Source: a cyanobacterium endosymbiont of Rhopalodia gibba
Lineage (GTDB): Bacteria > Cyanobacteriota > Cyanobacteriia > Cyanobacteriales > Microcystaceae
DNA length: 64,000 nt
Reading direction: 5' to 3'
NCBI GenBank assembly: GCA_045159875.1
Contig: CP067995.1
Coordinates: forward strand, 2,432,001-2,496,000
Below, in pieces: positions 35,505 through 46,926 of the stretch. Within the stretch, counting starts at the first letter, position 1. Each line of letters begins with the position of its first letter. Both the position numbers and the translations under genes were made by a program. The notes below the pieces were generated by a model, which worked only from the letters and a program-made list of their open reading frames with translations, made no database searches and was not told the DNA's origin.

Positions 35505-36914
35505 ATGGAAAGTGTAACGGACATGAATCAATTCTCTTATCAAGCGGCAACCCTCACCAAACACACCAAGATAAATCACCTTTTAAAGCAAGGTATTAGT
35601 CTAATCAGTGGACTTAGTATAGTCGGTGGTCAGCTGTTTCTAGCTCCAGTTAATGCCTCCACCAATACTTTAATTATTGCCGATACCATAACATTATCAG
35701 GCAAATCGGGGACAGTTGAATCGTCTTTCCAAAAAATTCCGAAATCTTTTCCTCATATAGTTCCTAATCGTCCTGCAGCTAATAAACCGCTCTTAAATCC
35801 TCCCTCCGTTAAACCTGCCACTCCAAAAATAGCTCCCAAACCTTCGGTCTCCAACCGCACTAGTGGAAATGCTACTCCCAAAGTACAATTATCAGCTCCC
35901 AAAATCTTACCCTCAACTTCTAAAAAGTCTTCTGCTGCTCCTTTAAGTCAATCGTTAGCACCCTTTCAATCAGAAGAAATTAAAATCACCCCTTCAATAG
36001 CTGCCCAGGGTAAAAATAGTTATATAGATTTTACTAATTACGGTACAAACCTTAAACAATCAGTAGTTCCGTCTAGTTCTGTCATTCTCACCGAACGGTC
36101 AACAGGATGCCAAATTGTTTCCCAAAACGGTAAACTGCTTAAAGGTAGTTGTGGTTCAGTTGCTAAGGCGGAGTTTCCCAAAGTAAACCCTGCCTTAGGA
36201 AACCATCGAGTTGATCTCGTCAGTCGCCAAAGAAAAACTTCCTCTAAGCTTATTAGTTATTCCCATCATGCCTCTTCAGTGCAACCTGTCCATTTCAAAA
36301 CTCGTCCGATTAATCCTCAACAAGTAGTCAGTTTAAAACCCATTAGTAGAAAAAGATTATCTATTTCCTTAGAACCTATTCCTAAATATAATCGAGCAGC
36401 TAGTCTCTATAGTCGTCTAAATTCTATCGCTCCTGAACAAAGCCAAACAGACTTAATCTATCCTTTACCAGTAGTTGCCAGTATTACTTCAGCTTTTGGG
36501 TGGCGTACTCATCCTATTTCGGGAACTGGTCGTCAACATAGCGGTACAGATATCGGTGCCCCCATTGGGACCCCTGTTCTAGCAGCCTATGACGGGGAAG
36601 TTTCTCAGTCAGACTGGCTTGGAGGGTATGGTTTGACAGTGATTCTGCGCCATCTAGAGGGAACTCAAGAGTCTCGTTATGCTCATTTATCAAAGGTTTA
36701 TGTTCAACCTGGAGAATGGGTTGACCAGGGAGCCGTCATCGGACGAGTGGGAAGTACGGGTTATTCTACTGGTCCCCATTTACACTTTGAATGGCGACAT
36801 TTAACTACTCAAGGTTGGGTTGCTGTTGATGCGGGACTACATTTAGAATCTGCTTTAGAAAATTTGATGCGTTCAATGCAGATGGTTGAGGCTGTAAAAA
36901 CTTCTAAGGGCTAA
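35505..36914 (+). CDS. M23 family metallopeptidase
   Basis: ITSAFGWRTHP, HSGTD (HxxxD), YAHLS, TGPHLHFE; long low-complexity N-terminal linker. Confidence 0.9.
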   Translation: MESVTDMNQFSYQAATLTKHTKINHLLKQGISLISGLSIVGGQLFLAPVNASTNTLIIADTITLSGKSGTVESSFQKIPKSFPHIVPNRPAANKPLLNPPSVKPATPKIAPKPSVSNRTSGNATPKVQLSAPKILPSTSKKSSAAPLSQSLAPFQSEEIKITPSIAAQGKNSYIDFTNYGTNLKQSVVPSSSVILTERSTGCQIVSQNGKLLKGSCGSVAKAEFPKVNPALGNHRVDLVSRQRKTSSKLISYSHHASSVQPVHFKTRPINPQQVVSLKPISRKRLSISLEPIPKYNRAASLYSRLNSIAPEQSQTDLIYPLPVVASITSAFGWRTHPISGTGRQHSGTDIGAPIGTPVLAAYDGEVSQSDWLGGYGLTVILRHLEGTQESRYAHLSKVYVQPGEWVDQGAVIGRVGSTGYSTGPHLHFEWRHLTTQGWVAVDAGLHLESALENLMRSMQMVEAVKTSKG

Positions 36915-36966
36915 ATTTAACTACCAAAATTAACTACTCAAACTCATTTTAATAAAAGTATTATTG

Positions 36967-36997
36967 AACCCCCTGCAATATATCTATAGGGGGTTTA
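36967..36997 (+). terminator. Putative intrinsic terminator after the M23 gene
   Basis: aaccccct...agggggtt stem followed by a short T-rich run. Confidence 0.55.
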
Positions 36998-37499
36998 TTC
37001 GTTCTCGTCAAAGTTCTGTAGTAATAACCCTTGAATACGCAATTATTGTCTTAATTGCGTAATAGCTATTTATCTTAATTTATGCAAGTTTTCTTGTTTG
37101 TCCAAATTTAGTGCAAGTAATGTGATAAGAAGTTATCGAATGTCTCGTTTATAGATTGTTTCAAAAGGTTAAAATATTCAGGGGATGATTAAACCTCAAA
37201 ATAGTAGAAAAATTTTTTTACTACTCTGACAGTGGCTGTTATTACGACTTATATTACTTTTTAAGATTTACATTGTTCAAGCAATTTTTTACATTCATAA
37301 CCAGATAATATCTAATTTTGGCAATAATTGTACATTAGCTAATAGCTAATATACAATTATTGTAAGTCATTACAACTATTTTTCTGTAAAGTGTAATTAA
37401 TAATAAAAGTTATTAATGTTACTTAACATGTAAGTATTTTAAAATTAATATTTTATAAGTAGGCAAACTTAAATAAGTCTAAAATAGATTAGTAGTTTA

Positions 37500-38100
37500 A
37501 AAATAACTATCACTAGGGACGAGCTCACTGACAATGAAAAATTAAGCGGACACAATTAGAAGAGTAGAAACTATAAAAGTTGATTTGTGAGCTCAAAATT
37601 TTCTCCCTAATAAGAGTAAAAATATTATGGTTAAATCCAAGAAGATGTACAGTATATTTTTGGGATTGATAAGACTATTAAAACAATACTTTACTTGATA
37701 TATTAATTATTTAAGGAAGAAAACAATCGTAAAATTCTCTAAAAATTAGAATAAAATTACTAAACACAATAAAAATATATAAACCTAATAATAATTTTAA
37801 TTATGCTCTATCAATGCACAGCTAAAAAAATACCAAAACTTGAAATAAAAAGGTATATCAGTCTAGAAAATACTGAACAGACAAAGCAATAGATACGGTA
37901 ATTGTTCTTAATGATTACTCAGTGCATACAAATAGTTTAGTTAAAACTAAACTGAAATAATAAAAATAAAAAAAATGATATTTATATTTTCTACTAACTT
38001 AGACGACAGAAGTAAACTTAATAGAACTAAAATGGCATAAAATAAACTCATAAAATTGATGAAAGTATATTTAAAGATAAATATTATTTAGCTAACTTAG
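37500..38100 (+). mobile_element. Eroded IS630-family transposase
   Basis: DTVIVLNDYSVHTNSLVKTKLK...YLYFLLT*TTEVNLIELKWHKI...IFKDKYYLA; same subgroup as 10250-10790. Confidence 0.7.
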
Positions 38101-39861
38101 CTAAATAAGGTTTTGCTAGAAACAGTAACTTTTATTATTAACTGTACAGGCAATATTGTGTAATTGCAATGATAGCTACTTCATTAACATATGGATTTTT
38201 ACCGAAAAGAAAATTTTTAACCAAAATAAGTCAGACTTTATTTGAACAATCTCCTGCTAAAAATAAATTAATTAGATTTGTTGTGTTATCTGATTTTAAT
38301 TTAGATAAAAAAATCAATTATTTTTTTAATAAATTTAGTGTCAGTTATTTCTGATATTAACCTTAATGTACTATGTCAGGTTTTATTATGCCAATGCTGT
38401 CCAGAAATCTTATTTTTTAACCAGTTTTACGATAAAATTCGACGTTTTTTATACCTGTTTACAAACTCTTATGTCAATAAATATCTCAAAAAGATCTAGT
38501 AAACAAAACGATTATGTCCCTTATAACCAATCATCCTCCAAAGGACATATTTTATTGTTTTCAAATAATTATGTAGTATTTTTCCTACTGATAATGTTCT
38601 CTGTTAACTCGTCTGTATTTGAGTCGATTTAAATGGATAAAATAAACAATTCTACGGTATTTTACTTGCTTATTTTTGTGATTACTTATCTTTGTAATTA
38701 AATTTTTTATAATCAATTCTTGGAACTCTAATTAATACTTGTCTCATATTCCATTAATATAATTAAATATTAGAACATTGATAATATAATTTCTGCTATT
38801 TTTTGGGCAACTCTTGACTTTAGTTAAAACTTACTGTTGTCGTCAATAAAAGAAGATTTATCGACAATTCTTTAGTGATAGTAGCATTATTTGTTTCTTG
38901 TTATAACCGTTACTAATTTTAGTCACTTGAACCTTATTAAAATCTTAGATAATAAAATAATTAAAATTTTGATTCCATAACTTTAGAAGAGTTAGTAACT
39001 TTAGTTTTAAGATAATCTTGAGTTCAATCATAAATTTGATTAATAATGGTTCGTCGTTACCGAAGATGAACACCTTATCTAACCTATCTAATTTCATTGC
39101 TATTTTTTAGAGTTTAATGTAAAAAATATAGCTAATAAGGCTTCTATCTATCTGACACGTGGCACTACTTTATTATTTTTTTTAAATAAAGTAGATTTTC
39201 CTAAAGACAGATAACTTAATATAAGAATATATTAGATTATCTATCTTTAGCTACTTCTAAAACTAGATTTAATAAAATAACTTAAATATGCTTTTTTTTG
39301 CGTTAAAATACTACTTTTAAATTACTTCTTTCAGAAGAAAGAGAATTATTTGTGATTTATTTTTAACTAGAATTAGTATAAATTACCTTTAAATTAAGTG
39401 CAATTTACTATTTTTGGGGAGTATTAAAGTTTAACTTATTACAACTCAATAAAAAAAATATTTTTAAAAAGTTGTCTTATTGTTTATACCTAAAAATAAT
39501 CCTTAAATTTTCATCATAAATATTGAAACTCTTTACATTAAATACCTAAACTTTTTGAGCATTATTGAGATAAATTATTTAAGAACTCATTAACAGACTT
39601 TCCGAATACTTCTTGAAAACTTTTATAATTCCAGTTTTACTTTTGACAAAACTTTTAATTTTTTCTTTAAAAAGGTATCGTGTCTAATCTTCAAATGTAT
39701 CTTTTTAGCTAAAGGTGAAAAAATATCTTCCTTTGTCAAGGAAATACTCCAAAATATTCACTAATCTATAACTGATTATTCTCTAAATATCCTAGATAAA
39801 ATAACGGTAATCAAGAACCTATTTAGAAATTTTCTATTCTCTGTACCCTTTACCGAAATCA

Positions 39862-40026
39862 TTATTTTCTTGCAATCACCCAAACAGCATGAACAATTCC
39901 AAGAATATAGAACCCCAAAATCGTTAATAACAAATTAATCCAAAAATCCTTACCTAACCCAACTTGTAGAAAAACCCCAAGAGGAGGCAAAAAAATAGCA
40001 CAAAGAATCCGAATTAAATCACCCAT
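39862..40026 (-). CDS. YqaE/Pmp3 family membrane protein (54 aa; not in ORF track)
   Basis: MGDLIRILCAIFLPPLGVFLQVGLGKDFWINLLLTILGFYILGIVHAVWVIARK*; intact reading frame. Confidence 0.92.
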   Translation of the reverse strand: MGDLIRILCAIFLPPLGVFLQVGLGKDFWINLLLTILGFYILGIVHAVWVIARK

Positions 40027-40141
40027 AGAACTAACTTCCAAGAGATATTCACATGAATATCATAACTATTCTGACTAACCATTCATCACTGAACTCCTGT
40101 CCACCCTAAAACTTATTTTAATTATATCTGACTAAATCAGT

Positions 40142-40179
40142 AAAAAAAAGAATGGAGGCATAATCTCTTATGCCTCCAT
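40142..40179 (-). terminator. Intrinsic terminator of the asd-dapA-rnj unit
   Basis: atggaggcataa / ttatgcctccat 12-bp stem; the A run at 40142-40149 gives a U tail on the minus strand, just past the rnj stop. Confidence 0.75.
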
Positions 40180-40225
40180 AGTTGAATCTATTAAATTCAA
40201 AATCTCTACAGTTAAAAATCAACGT

Positions 40226-42013
40226 TTAAGACATTGCAGACGCAGTTGAACGACGACGACGATAGGTTTTCGTTACTGGACGTTCTCCAGGCTCGGGTTC
40301 TTCAGGAGTTTGAAGGAGAAACACCACCATCGGCTGAGTTCGTAACTCGCGCCTGACTAATCTTTGTAGGGTGGTTTCGATTTCCTCTTGGAGAAATTTC
40401 CAATTAACCCCAATTCCACTACGGTCATTATCATTGGAAAATTCATCCCAGCGTTCACCTAAAATTCGTTCAACAGCACGAATGATCAACTGTTCCAATA
40501 GCGATCGCTCTACTTTTGTCACCACACCCCGCAGATGCACTTCCGGTTTCGCCATGAGTTTCCCCTGCCAATTAATAGCAGTGGCTACTGTAACCACCCC
40601 TTCTTCAGCTAACTGTTGACGATCATGCATAACATGATCATGCACCACACCAGCCTGATCTACTAACTCAATTCCAGAGGTAACTTGACCAAGAACATCG
40701 ATATTATCCGGAGAAACTTCAACAATGTCTCCATTCTTTACAATCACCATGTTTTCCGTCGGAATACCCATGCTGTGAGCAGTCTGAGCGTGTTTAAGCA
40801 ACATCCGGTGTTCCCCGTGAACCGGAATAAAGAATTTTGGACGAGTCAAAGCCAGCATTAATTTATGTTCTTCTTGGCAACCATGACCTGAGACATGGAT
40901 TCCTTGATGACGACCATAAATGACCTCAGCCCCCTCCATCATCAAGCGATCAATGGTGTTCACTACCGCAATAGTATTCCCCGGAATAGGGTTAGCAGAG
41001 AAGACAACCGTGTCCCCTTTTTGAACTCTGATGTGGGGATGTTGTCCTTTAGAAATACGGGTTAACGCGGCTAAAGGTTCCCCTTGAGATCCTGTGGTCA
41101 GGATTAATACTTTTTCATCGGATAAATTTCGCATTGCTTTGAGGGACACAAAAACGTCATCAGGACATTTAATGTAGCCCAATTCCCGAGCATGGGCAAT
41201 GACATTCAGCATTGAACGTCCCACAACCGTCACTTTTCGTTTGTGCTTTTGGGCAAGTTGTAAAATAATATTGACTCGATGTACCGAAGAAGCAAAAGTC
41301 GTAATCAATAACCGTCCAGGGGCTTGACTTATAATGCGATCAAGGTTAGGATAAACCGATCTTTCAGAAGGGGTTATCCCTAAAATTTCAGCGTTGGTAG
41401 AGTCACTTAGCAGACATAAAACACCTTTTTCTCCATGTTCAGCAAGTCTTTGTAGATCGAAGTACTGGCCATCAACAGGAGTATAATCAACTTTAAAGTC
41501 TCCTGTGTGAATAACCACTCCTAACGGTGTGTGAATTGCTACAGTGAAACTATCGGTAATGGAATGGGTATTACGGATAAATTCTACTAAAAAAGAATCA
41601 CTGATCCGTACCATATCCCTAGGTTCGGCAGTCTTTAGAGTTGTTCGATCGCTGACTCCGGCTTCTTCCAACTTATCGCGCAATAGGGCAATCGCTAGTT
41701 TTGGTCCGTAAATTACCGGAATATCAAATTGTTTTAGATGATAGGGAATGCCTCCAATATGGTCTTCATGACCATGAGTTGCAATCATTCCCTTAATTTT
41801 AGTGCGATTTTCTCGTAAATAAGTCATGTCAGGGAGAACAATATTCACCCCGTGCATTCCATCAGTCGGAAAAGCAATTCCTGCATCTATCAGCAAGATC
41901 TCATCCTCATATTCAAAAATACAAGTATTCTTGCCGATCTCGTGTAATCCCCCTAAGGGAATAATTTTTAACGTTGGTTTTGTCAGTTTTTGACTCATTG
42001 GCCTCCTTTTCAT
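40226..42013 (-). CDS. rnj: Ribonuclease J
   Basis: PLGGLHEIGKN, THGHEDHIGG, HTGDFK, TGSQGEP, HVSGH, PVHGEHRM; the true start may be the second Met (MSQK). Confidence 0.95.
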   Translation of the reverse strand: MKRRPMSQKLTKPTLKIIPLGGLHEIGKNTCIFEYEDEILLIDAGIAFPTDGMHGVNIVLPDMTYLRENRTKIKGMIATHGHEDHIGGIPYHLKQFDIPVIYGPKLAIALLRDKLEEAGVSDRTTLKTAEPRDMVRISDSFLVEFIRNTHSITDSFTVAIHTPLGVVIHTGDFKVDYTPVDGQYFDLQRLAEHGEKGVLCLLSDSTNAEILGITPSERSVYPNLDRIISQAPGRLLITTFASSVHRVNIILQLAQKHKRKVTVVGRSMLNVIAHARELGYIKCPDDVFVSLKAMRNLSDEKVLILTTGSQGEPLAALTRISKGQHPHIRVQKGDTVVFSANPIPGNTIAVVNTIDRLMMEGAEVIYGRHQGIHVSGHGCQEEHKLMLALTRPKFFIPVHGEHRMLLKHAQTAHSMGIPTENMVIVKNGDIVEVSPDNIDVLGQVTSGIELVDQAGVVHDHVMHDRQQLAEEGVVTVATAINWQGKLMAKPEVHLRGVVTKVERSLLEQLIIRAVERILGERWDEFSNDNDRSGIGVNWKFLQEEIETTLQRLVRRELRTQPMVVFLLQTPEEPEPGERPVTKTYRRRRSTASAMS

Positions 42014-42175
42014 TCAGCTACTTTGATTGTTAACGGGTTAGTTATCCAAAAATATAATTTTTCAGAAAAATTTATCTAGTCTTCTTCCTAGAATTAGCTG
42101 AAGTAAATCTTACAATTGCCGTTTATTTAACTCCAGTTGATCTTAGCTTATTTATTCCATCATAAAGCCTAATTC

Positions 42176-43066
42176 TTAAACAAGAGATAGGTGTTGTAAA
42201 ACTGATTCTAATTCTTGTTTTAAGTCAGGAGATAGTTCTACTAGAGGAGGTCTTAATCCTCCTACTTTCCACCCTTTTAAATTGAGTGCGGCTTTTATTG
42301 GAATAGGGTTAGTTGTGCAAAATAGTGCTTTGAATAAGGGAAAAAGCTTTAAATTAATGTCTCTTGCAACCGTGGCTTTTTCTGTTTCAAATGCTTTAAC
42401 CATTTCTTGTATCTGTTGCCCCACTAGATGACTAGCCACGCTGACCACTCCTATTCCACCAACGGTCAACAAGGGTAAGGTCATAAAGTCATCTCCTGCA
42501 TAAATCGCAAAAGAATCGGGGGTTAAACGACGAATTTGACAAGCTTGCTCTAAGTTTCCCGTAGCTTCTTTGATGGCAACAATATTTTCAATTTCGGCTA
42601 ATTTAGCCACTGTTTCAGGCAAAAGATTTTGTCCAGTACGTCCCGGCACGTTATATAACATAATGGGTAAATCCGGGGACTTTTGAGCAATTTCTTTAAA
42701 GTGTTGATACAGTCCCTCTTGAGGGGGTTTATTGTAATAGGGAACCACTTGTAATGATCCGTCTAAACCTAATTTAGATGCCTTTTCGGTCGCTTCTACC
42801 CCTTCTTTTGTGGCGTTAGAACCTGTGCCTGCAATAACTTTTCCTCGATTACCAACAGCTTTTTTAACTACCTGAAATAACTTATATTCTTCAGACCAAC
42901 TTAAGGTAGGAGATTCCCCCGTTGTGCCGCAAATCACTAAGCCGTCGCTACCATTTTCTACTAAATAGTTAGCTAGTTCTTCAGCTACTGCGTAATTCAC
43001 TTGACCATTTTTATCAAAGGGAGTCACCATAGCGGTGATTACTCGTCCAAAACTGCGATCATTCAT
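42176..43066 (-). CDS. dapA: 4-hydroxy-tetrahydrodipicolinate synthase
   Basis: [35 protein letters not shown]. Confidence 0.96.
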   Translation of the reverse strand: MNDRSFGRVITAMVTPFDKNGQVNYAVAEELANYLVENGSDGLVICGTTGESPTLSWSEEYKLFQVVKKAVGNRGKVIAGTGSNATKEGVEATEKASKLGLDGSLQVVPYYNKPPQEGLYQHFKEIAQKSPDLPIMLYNVPGRTGQNLLPETVAKLAEIENIVAIKEATGNLEQACQIRRLTPDSFAIYAGDDFMTLPLLTVGGIGVVSVASHLVGQQIQEMVKAFETEKATVARDINLKLFPLFKALFCTTNPIPIKAALNLKGWKVGGLRPPLVELSPDLKQELESVLQHLSLV

Positions 43067-43152
43067 TCTTTCGTTTACTTTTTCAAAGTTAGTGGTTAAT
43101 TTTTAATCTAAAAGCTTTTATTTATTAGCCGAGCGCAGCCATTGAGACAGAA

Positions 43153-44166
43153 TCAGCTATTTTTTTTGAGCAATAACTCCGCAATTTGCACTGCATTGAG
43201 GGCAGCCCCTTTGCGGATTTGATCTCCACAAATCCATAATTCCAAGCCATTAGGGTGAGAAATATCCTGACGAATTCGCCCCACCAACACCTCATCTCGG
43301 CCTGAAGCGTCTATGGGCATAGGAAAGTAGTTTTCCGTCCAATCTTCAACTAGTTTGATCCCTGGGGAATTTGCTATAATTTTCCTGGCATCGATCGCAG
43401 AAAATTGAGCAGAGAATTCCAAGTTAACAGCTTCTGAGTGAGCACGTAGTACGGGAACCCGTACGCAGGTAGCCGTCACTCTCAAATTGGGATCGTTAAA
43501 AATCTTACGGGTTTCATTGACCATTTTCATCTCTTCAGTACAATATCCCTCGTGGTTAAGAGGAGAATTGTGGGGAAATAAATTAAAAGCTAAGGGATAG
43601 GGAAAGATTTCTGTTTCGGGGGGGTGACCGTTTAAAATAGCCTGAGATTGAACTTTCACTTCCTCCATCGCTCTGGCCCCTGCACCACTTGCTGATTGAT
43701 AAGTGGAGACAACAATTCTCTTAATAGGTTGAACTCGATGGAGAGGATAAATCGCGATCCCCATCAGAATCGTCGTGCAGTTGGGGTTGGCAATGATTCC
43801 TTGGTGATACTTAGCCGTTTCAGGATTAATTTCGGGAACAATCAGGGGAACCTCTGGCTCCATACGAAAAGCGCTTGAATTATCTACCATTACCGCTCCC
43901 GATTCTACGATACTTTTTGCCCAGGTTTTGGAAGTTGCTCCTCCCGCCGATGCTAATACTAAATCAATATCCCTAAAAGAGTTTTGTGTGACTGCTTCGA
44001 CCAGCAGCGTTTCCCCTTTAAAAGTTAAAGAATTTCCCACAGAGCGTTCAGAAGCTAAGAGTTTAAGACTAGCGACAGGAAAGTCACGATGTTCTAACAA
44101 ATTAAGCAACTCGGTGCCAACGGCCCCTGTCGCCCCCAGAATAGCTACCCTAACTGGTTTATACAA
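43153..44166 (-). CDS. asd: Aspartate-semialdehyde dehydrogenase
   Basis: GATGAVG, DNSSAFRM, ANPNCTT, STYQSASGAG, DQIRKGAALNAVQI; TTG start with AGGAGG upstream. Confidence 0.96.
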   Translation of the reverse strand: MYKPVRVAILGATGAVGTELLNLLEHRDFPVASLKLLASERSVGNSLTFKGETLLVEAVTQNSFRDIDLVLASAGGATSKTWAKSIVESGAVMVDNSSAFRMEPEVPLIVPEINPETAKYHQGIIANPNCTTILMGIAIYPLHRVQPIKRIVVSTYQSASGAGARAMEEVKVQSQAILNGHPPETEIFPYPLAFNLFPHNSPLNHEGYCTEEMKMVNETRKIFNDPNLRVTATCVRVPVLRAHSEAVNLEFSAQFSAIDARKIIANSPGIKLVEDWTENYFPMPIDASGRDEVLVGRIRQDISHPNGLELWICGDQIRKGAALNAVQIAELLLKKNS

Positions 44167-44633
44167 TGAATATTACCTCCTAGCGAATCGGTTAACAATC
44201 AGAAATTGCCATCGATTAATCGATTAATTTTCTGTTCTAAAGTTAAAAAATTTTTGACCTATAAGGGTTGGATTATTAACACTTAATCAGAATTTAGACA
44301 GAGAAAAATATATCTTACTATTGTGTTTACAATATTCCTATATTTATATATTGCGACTATGCCAGCTCGATTTAACGGAAAGGCTTATCTTGATTCGGTC
44401 TAAAGGTGTTGTAAATGACCTAGTTTACCTTATCATAATAGAATGATGCGACAATGTACTATTATCGATAAGGACAGATCCCGGCAAACCCTGTCAACCG
44501 ACAAAAAGCCAAGGGACTAACGATTGATCCTTAATGTTTTTAGAATATCACGAGCTGCTTGCCCTTGAAGCATTAAGTTTAATTTAGGCTTGTATTACTG
44601 TAGTTTAATGTAATTGTTTGAGATAGAACGTCG

Positions 44634-46028
44634 ATGAAAGTAACTCAGGAAAGACTCCCTGACAGTCAGATTGGCTTAGAAATTGAAATTCCGGCTGAAA
44701 CCTTAGGGAAAGCCTACGAGAAAAAGGTCAATACCTTGGCGCGTACTGCCAATATCCCTGGGTTTCGTAAGGGAAAAGTTCCCCGTAAAATCTTACTTCA
44801 ACGCCTAGGAACCAGATACGTTAATGCCGCAACTCTCGAAGAATTGATTCAGGAAAGCGTTAAAAAAGCTGTTAAGCAAGAAGAGTTAGAATCATTGGGG
44901 AATTATCGGCTATGCTCTAATTTTGAAGAATTGCTGGAAAAATTTAATCCAGGACAGTCTCTAACTTTCTCTGCCGCTGTAGATGTTCCCCCCAGCGTAG
45001 AACTAGGAAATTATAAAATCCTGAATGTGAAAGCTGAAGAAACGATTTATGAACCTGAACAGGTGGAAAACTGGTTAAAAGAACGACGAGAACAACAAGC
45101 TACCCTAATTCCCGTCGAAGATCGTTCCGCCCAAATGGGAGATGTTGCTATTGTTGACTATGTAGCGCATTTTGTCCCGGAAGATGGGCAAGAAGTTGAT
45201 GGTAAAGCAATTTCAGGGGTACAAGGGACAGATTTTCGTGTGGATCTCGCTGAGGGACGTTTCATTGAAGGCATGGTAGAAGGAATAGTTGGAATGAAGC
45301 CAGAAGAAACCAAAAAACTTAAGGTGACGTTTCCTGAAGACTATCCAAGAGAAGATTTAGCCGGACGACCATCGATTTTCACCATTACTCTCAAAGAACT
45401 CAAAGAGAAAGAACTTCTCGAGTTTAATGACGATTTAGCCGGAGAAATCAGTGAATTTGAGACAATAGGCGAATTAAGAGAGTTCTTAGAAAACCAGTTT
45501 ATAGAAGAAGCCAAAAAAGCGACTAAGAAAAGCATCCATGATGGCATTATTGTTCAGCTAATGGCAGTCTGTAAGGTTGACATCCCCGAAACTCTGGTTC
45601 AAGACGAAGTGACTCAAGTTTTGACTCAAACAGCCATGCAGATGGAACAAATGGGTATGGAAATTGGCCAACTGTTTACTCAGGAAAATCTTCCAAAACT
45701 GCGGGAAAATGCTCGTCCAGAAGCAACAAAAAGGTTAAAGCAATCCTTAGTTCTTAAGGAATTAGCTAAAGTTGAAGGTATCGAAGTTGAACAGGCTATT
45801 TTTGACGAAAAAGTTAACAAAATTAGAGAACAACTTTCAGACCGGGAGGTAGATCTCAGTAGATTAAACCAGATGGTCACAGACGAACTTTTAATAGAAG
45901 TGACTCTCGACTGGCTAGAAGAGCAAGCTACTATAGAACTAGTCCCTGCAGGAACTTTAAAGAAAAAAGAAGCTGAGCAATCTTCAGCCGACTCTGAGCA
46001 ACCATTGACAGCTACTGCAGAAGGATAA
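44634..46028 (+). CDS. tig: Trigger factor
   Basis: IPGFRKGKVP ribosome-binding signature, FKBP-like FIEGMVEGIVGMK...FPEDY; tig-clpP-clpX synteny. Confidence 0.96.
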   Translation: MKVTQERLPDSQIGLEIEIPAETLGKAYEKKVNTLARTANIPGFRKGKVPRKILLQRLGTRYVNAATLEELIQESVKKAVKQEELESLGNYRLCSNFEELLEKFNPGQSLTFSAAVDVPPSVELGNYKILNVKAEETIYEPEQVENWLKERREQQATLIPVEDRSAQMGDVAIVDYVAHFVPEDGQEVDGKAISGVQGTDFRVDLAEGRFIEGMVEGIVGMKPEETKKLKVTFPEDYPREDLAGRPSIFTITLKELKEKELLEFNDDLAGEISEFETIGELREFLENQFIEEAKKATKKSIHDGIIVQLMAVCKVDIPETLVQDEVTQVLTQTAMQMEQMGMEIGQLFTQENLPKLRENARPEATKRLKQSLVLKELAKVEGIEVEQAIFDEKVNKIREQLSDREVDLSRLNQMVTDELLIEVTLDWLEEQATIELVPAGTLKKKEAEQSSADSEQPLTATAEG

Positions 46029-46224
46029 ACCTCTCTTCAGTTGTGTCAACATTATGCCTTGGTTGATCTGATTCACTTTTTTCACACTTGAGGCATAATG
46101 TTGACAGAGGGGATCAGTTTGCTGTTCCGGTCCGAGTGGACTAAAAATAGAGAATGCACAACTAAACCTATTAGGAAATGAGCCATTATTCAAAATCTTT
46201 CCCTTGACAGTTTAATTAAAGGCT

Positions 46225-46905
46225 ATGAGTAAATTGCGATTACTAGACTATTCCATAACAAACCAGCGTTTTTCAGGAATCTATTCCATGAGTCAAAATA
46301 TTGTCCCCATGGTAATAGAACAATCTGGAGTAGGGGAAAGAGCCTTTGATATTTATTCGAGATTGTTACGAGAACGTATCGTTTTTCTGGGAACCCCTGT
46401 TGACGATCAAGTCGCAGACTCAATCGTCGCACAATTGCTTTTTCTCGACGCTGACAACCCAGAAAAAGATATTCAGCTTTACATTAATTCCCCCGGAGGG
46501 TCTGTTTATGCTGGACTAGCTATTTATGATACCATGCAGCAAATTCGTCCCGATATAGTCACCATTTGTTTTGGATTGGCGGCTAGCATGGGAGCGTTTC
46601 TTCTATGTGGAGGAACTCCTGGTAAGCGGATGTCCTTACCTAGTTCGCGCATGATGATTCACCAACCTTTAGGAGGAGCTCAAGGGCAAGCTGTGGATAT
46701 TGAAATTCAAGCTAAAGAAATTCTCTATATCAAACGGCGGTTGAATGAAATGCTGGCTTATCATACCGGTAAATCCTTTGATACCATTGCAGTCGATACA
46801 GAACGAGACTTCTTTATGTCAGCGCAAGAGGCAAAAGAATACGGTTTAATCGATAAAGTGATTTCTCGGCGAGATCTGTCTGACCCCACTGTTCCCGTTA
46901 CCTAA
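46225..46905 (+). CDS. clpP: ATP-dependent Clp protease proteolytic subunit
   Basis: [36 protein letters not shown]. Confidence 0.96.
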   Translation: MSKLRLLDYSITNQRFSGIYSMSQNIVPMVIEQSGVGERAFDIYSRLLRERIVFLGTPVDDQVADSIVAQLLFLDADNPEKDIQLYINSPGGSVYAGLAIYDTMQQIRPDIVTICFGLAASMGAFLLCGGTPGKRMSLPSSRMMIHQPLGGAQGQAVDIEIQAKEILYIKRRLNEMLAYHTGKSFDTIAVDTERDFFMSAQEAKEYGLIDKVISRRDLSDPTVPVT

Positions 46906-46926
46906 CTCAACTAACTCCAAGAGCTT

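Noticed and set aside
38169..38632. Stand-alone ORFs 38169-38354 and 38366-38632 (likewise 19283-19516, 30428-30610, 62956-63138)
   Set aside because: Composition typical of chance ORFs in AT-rich decayed DNA; no family motifs.
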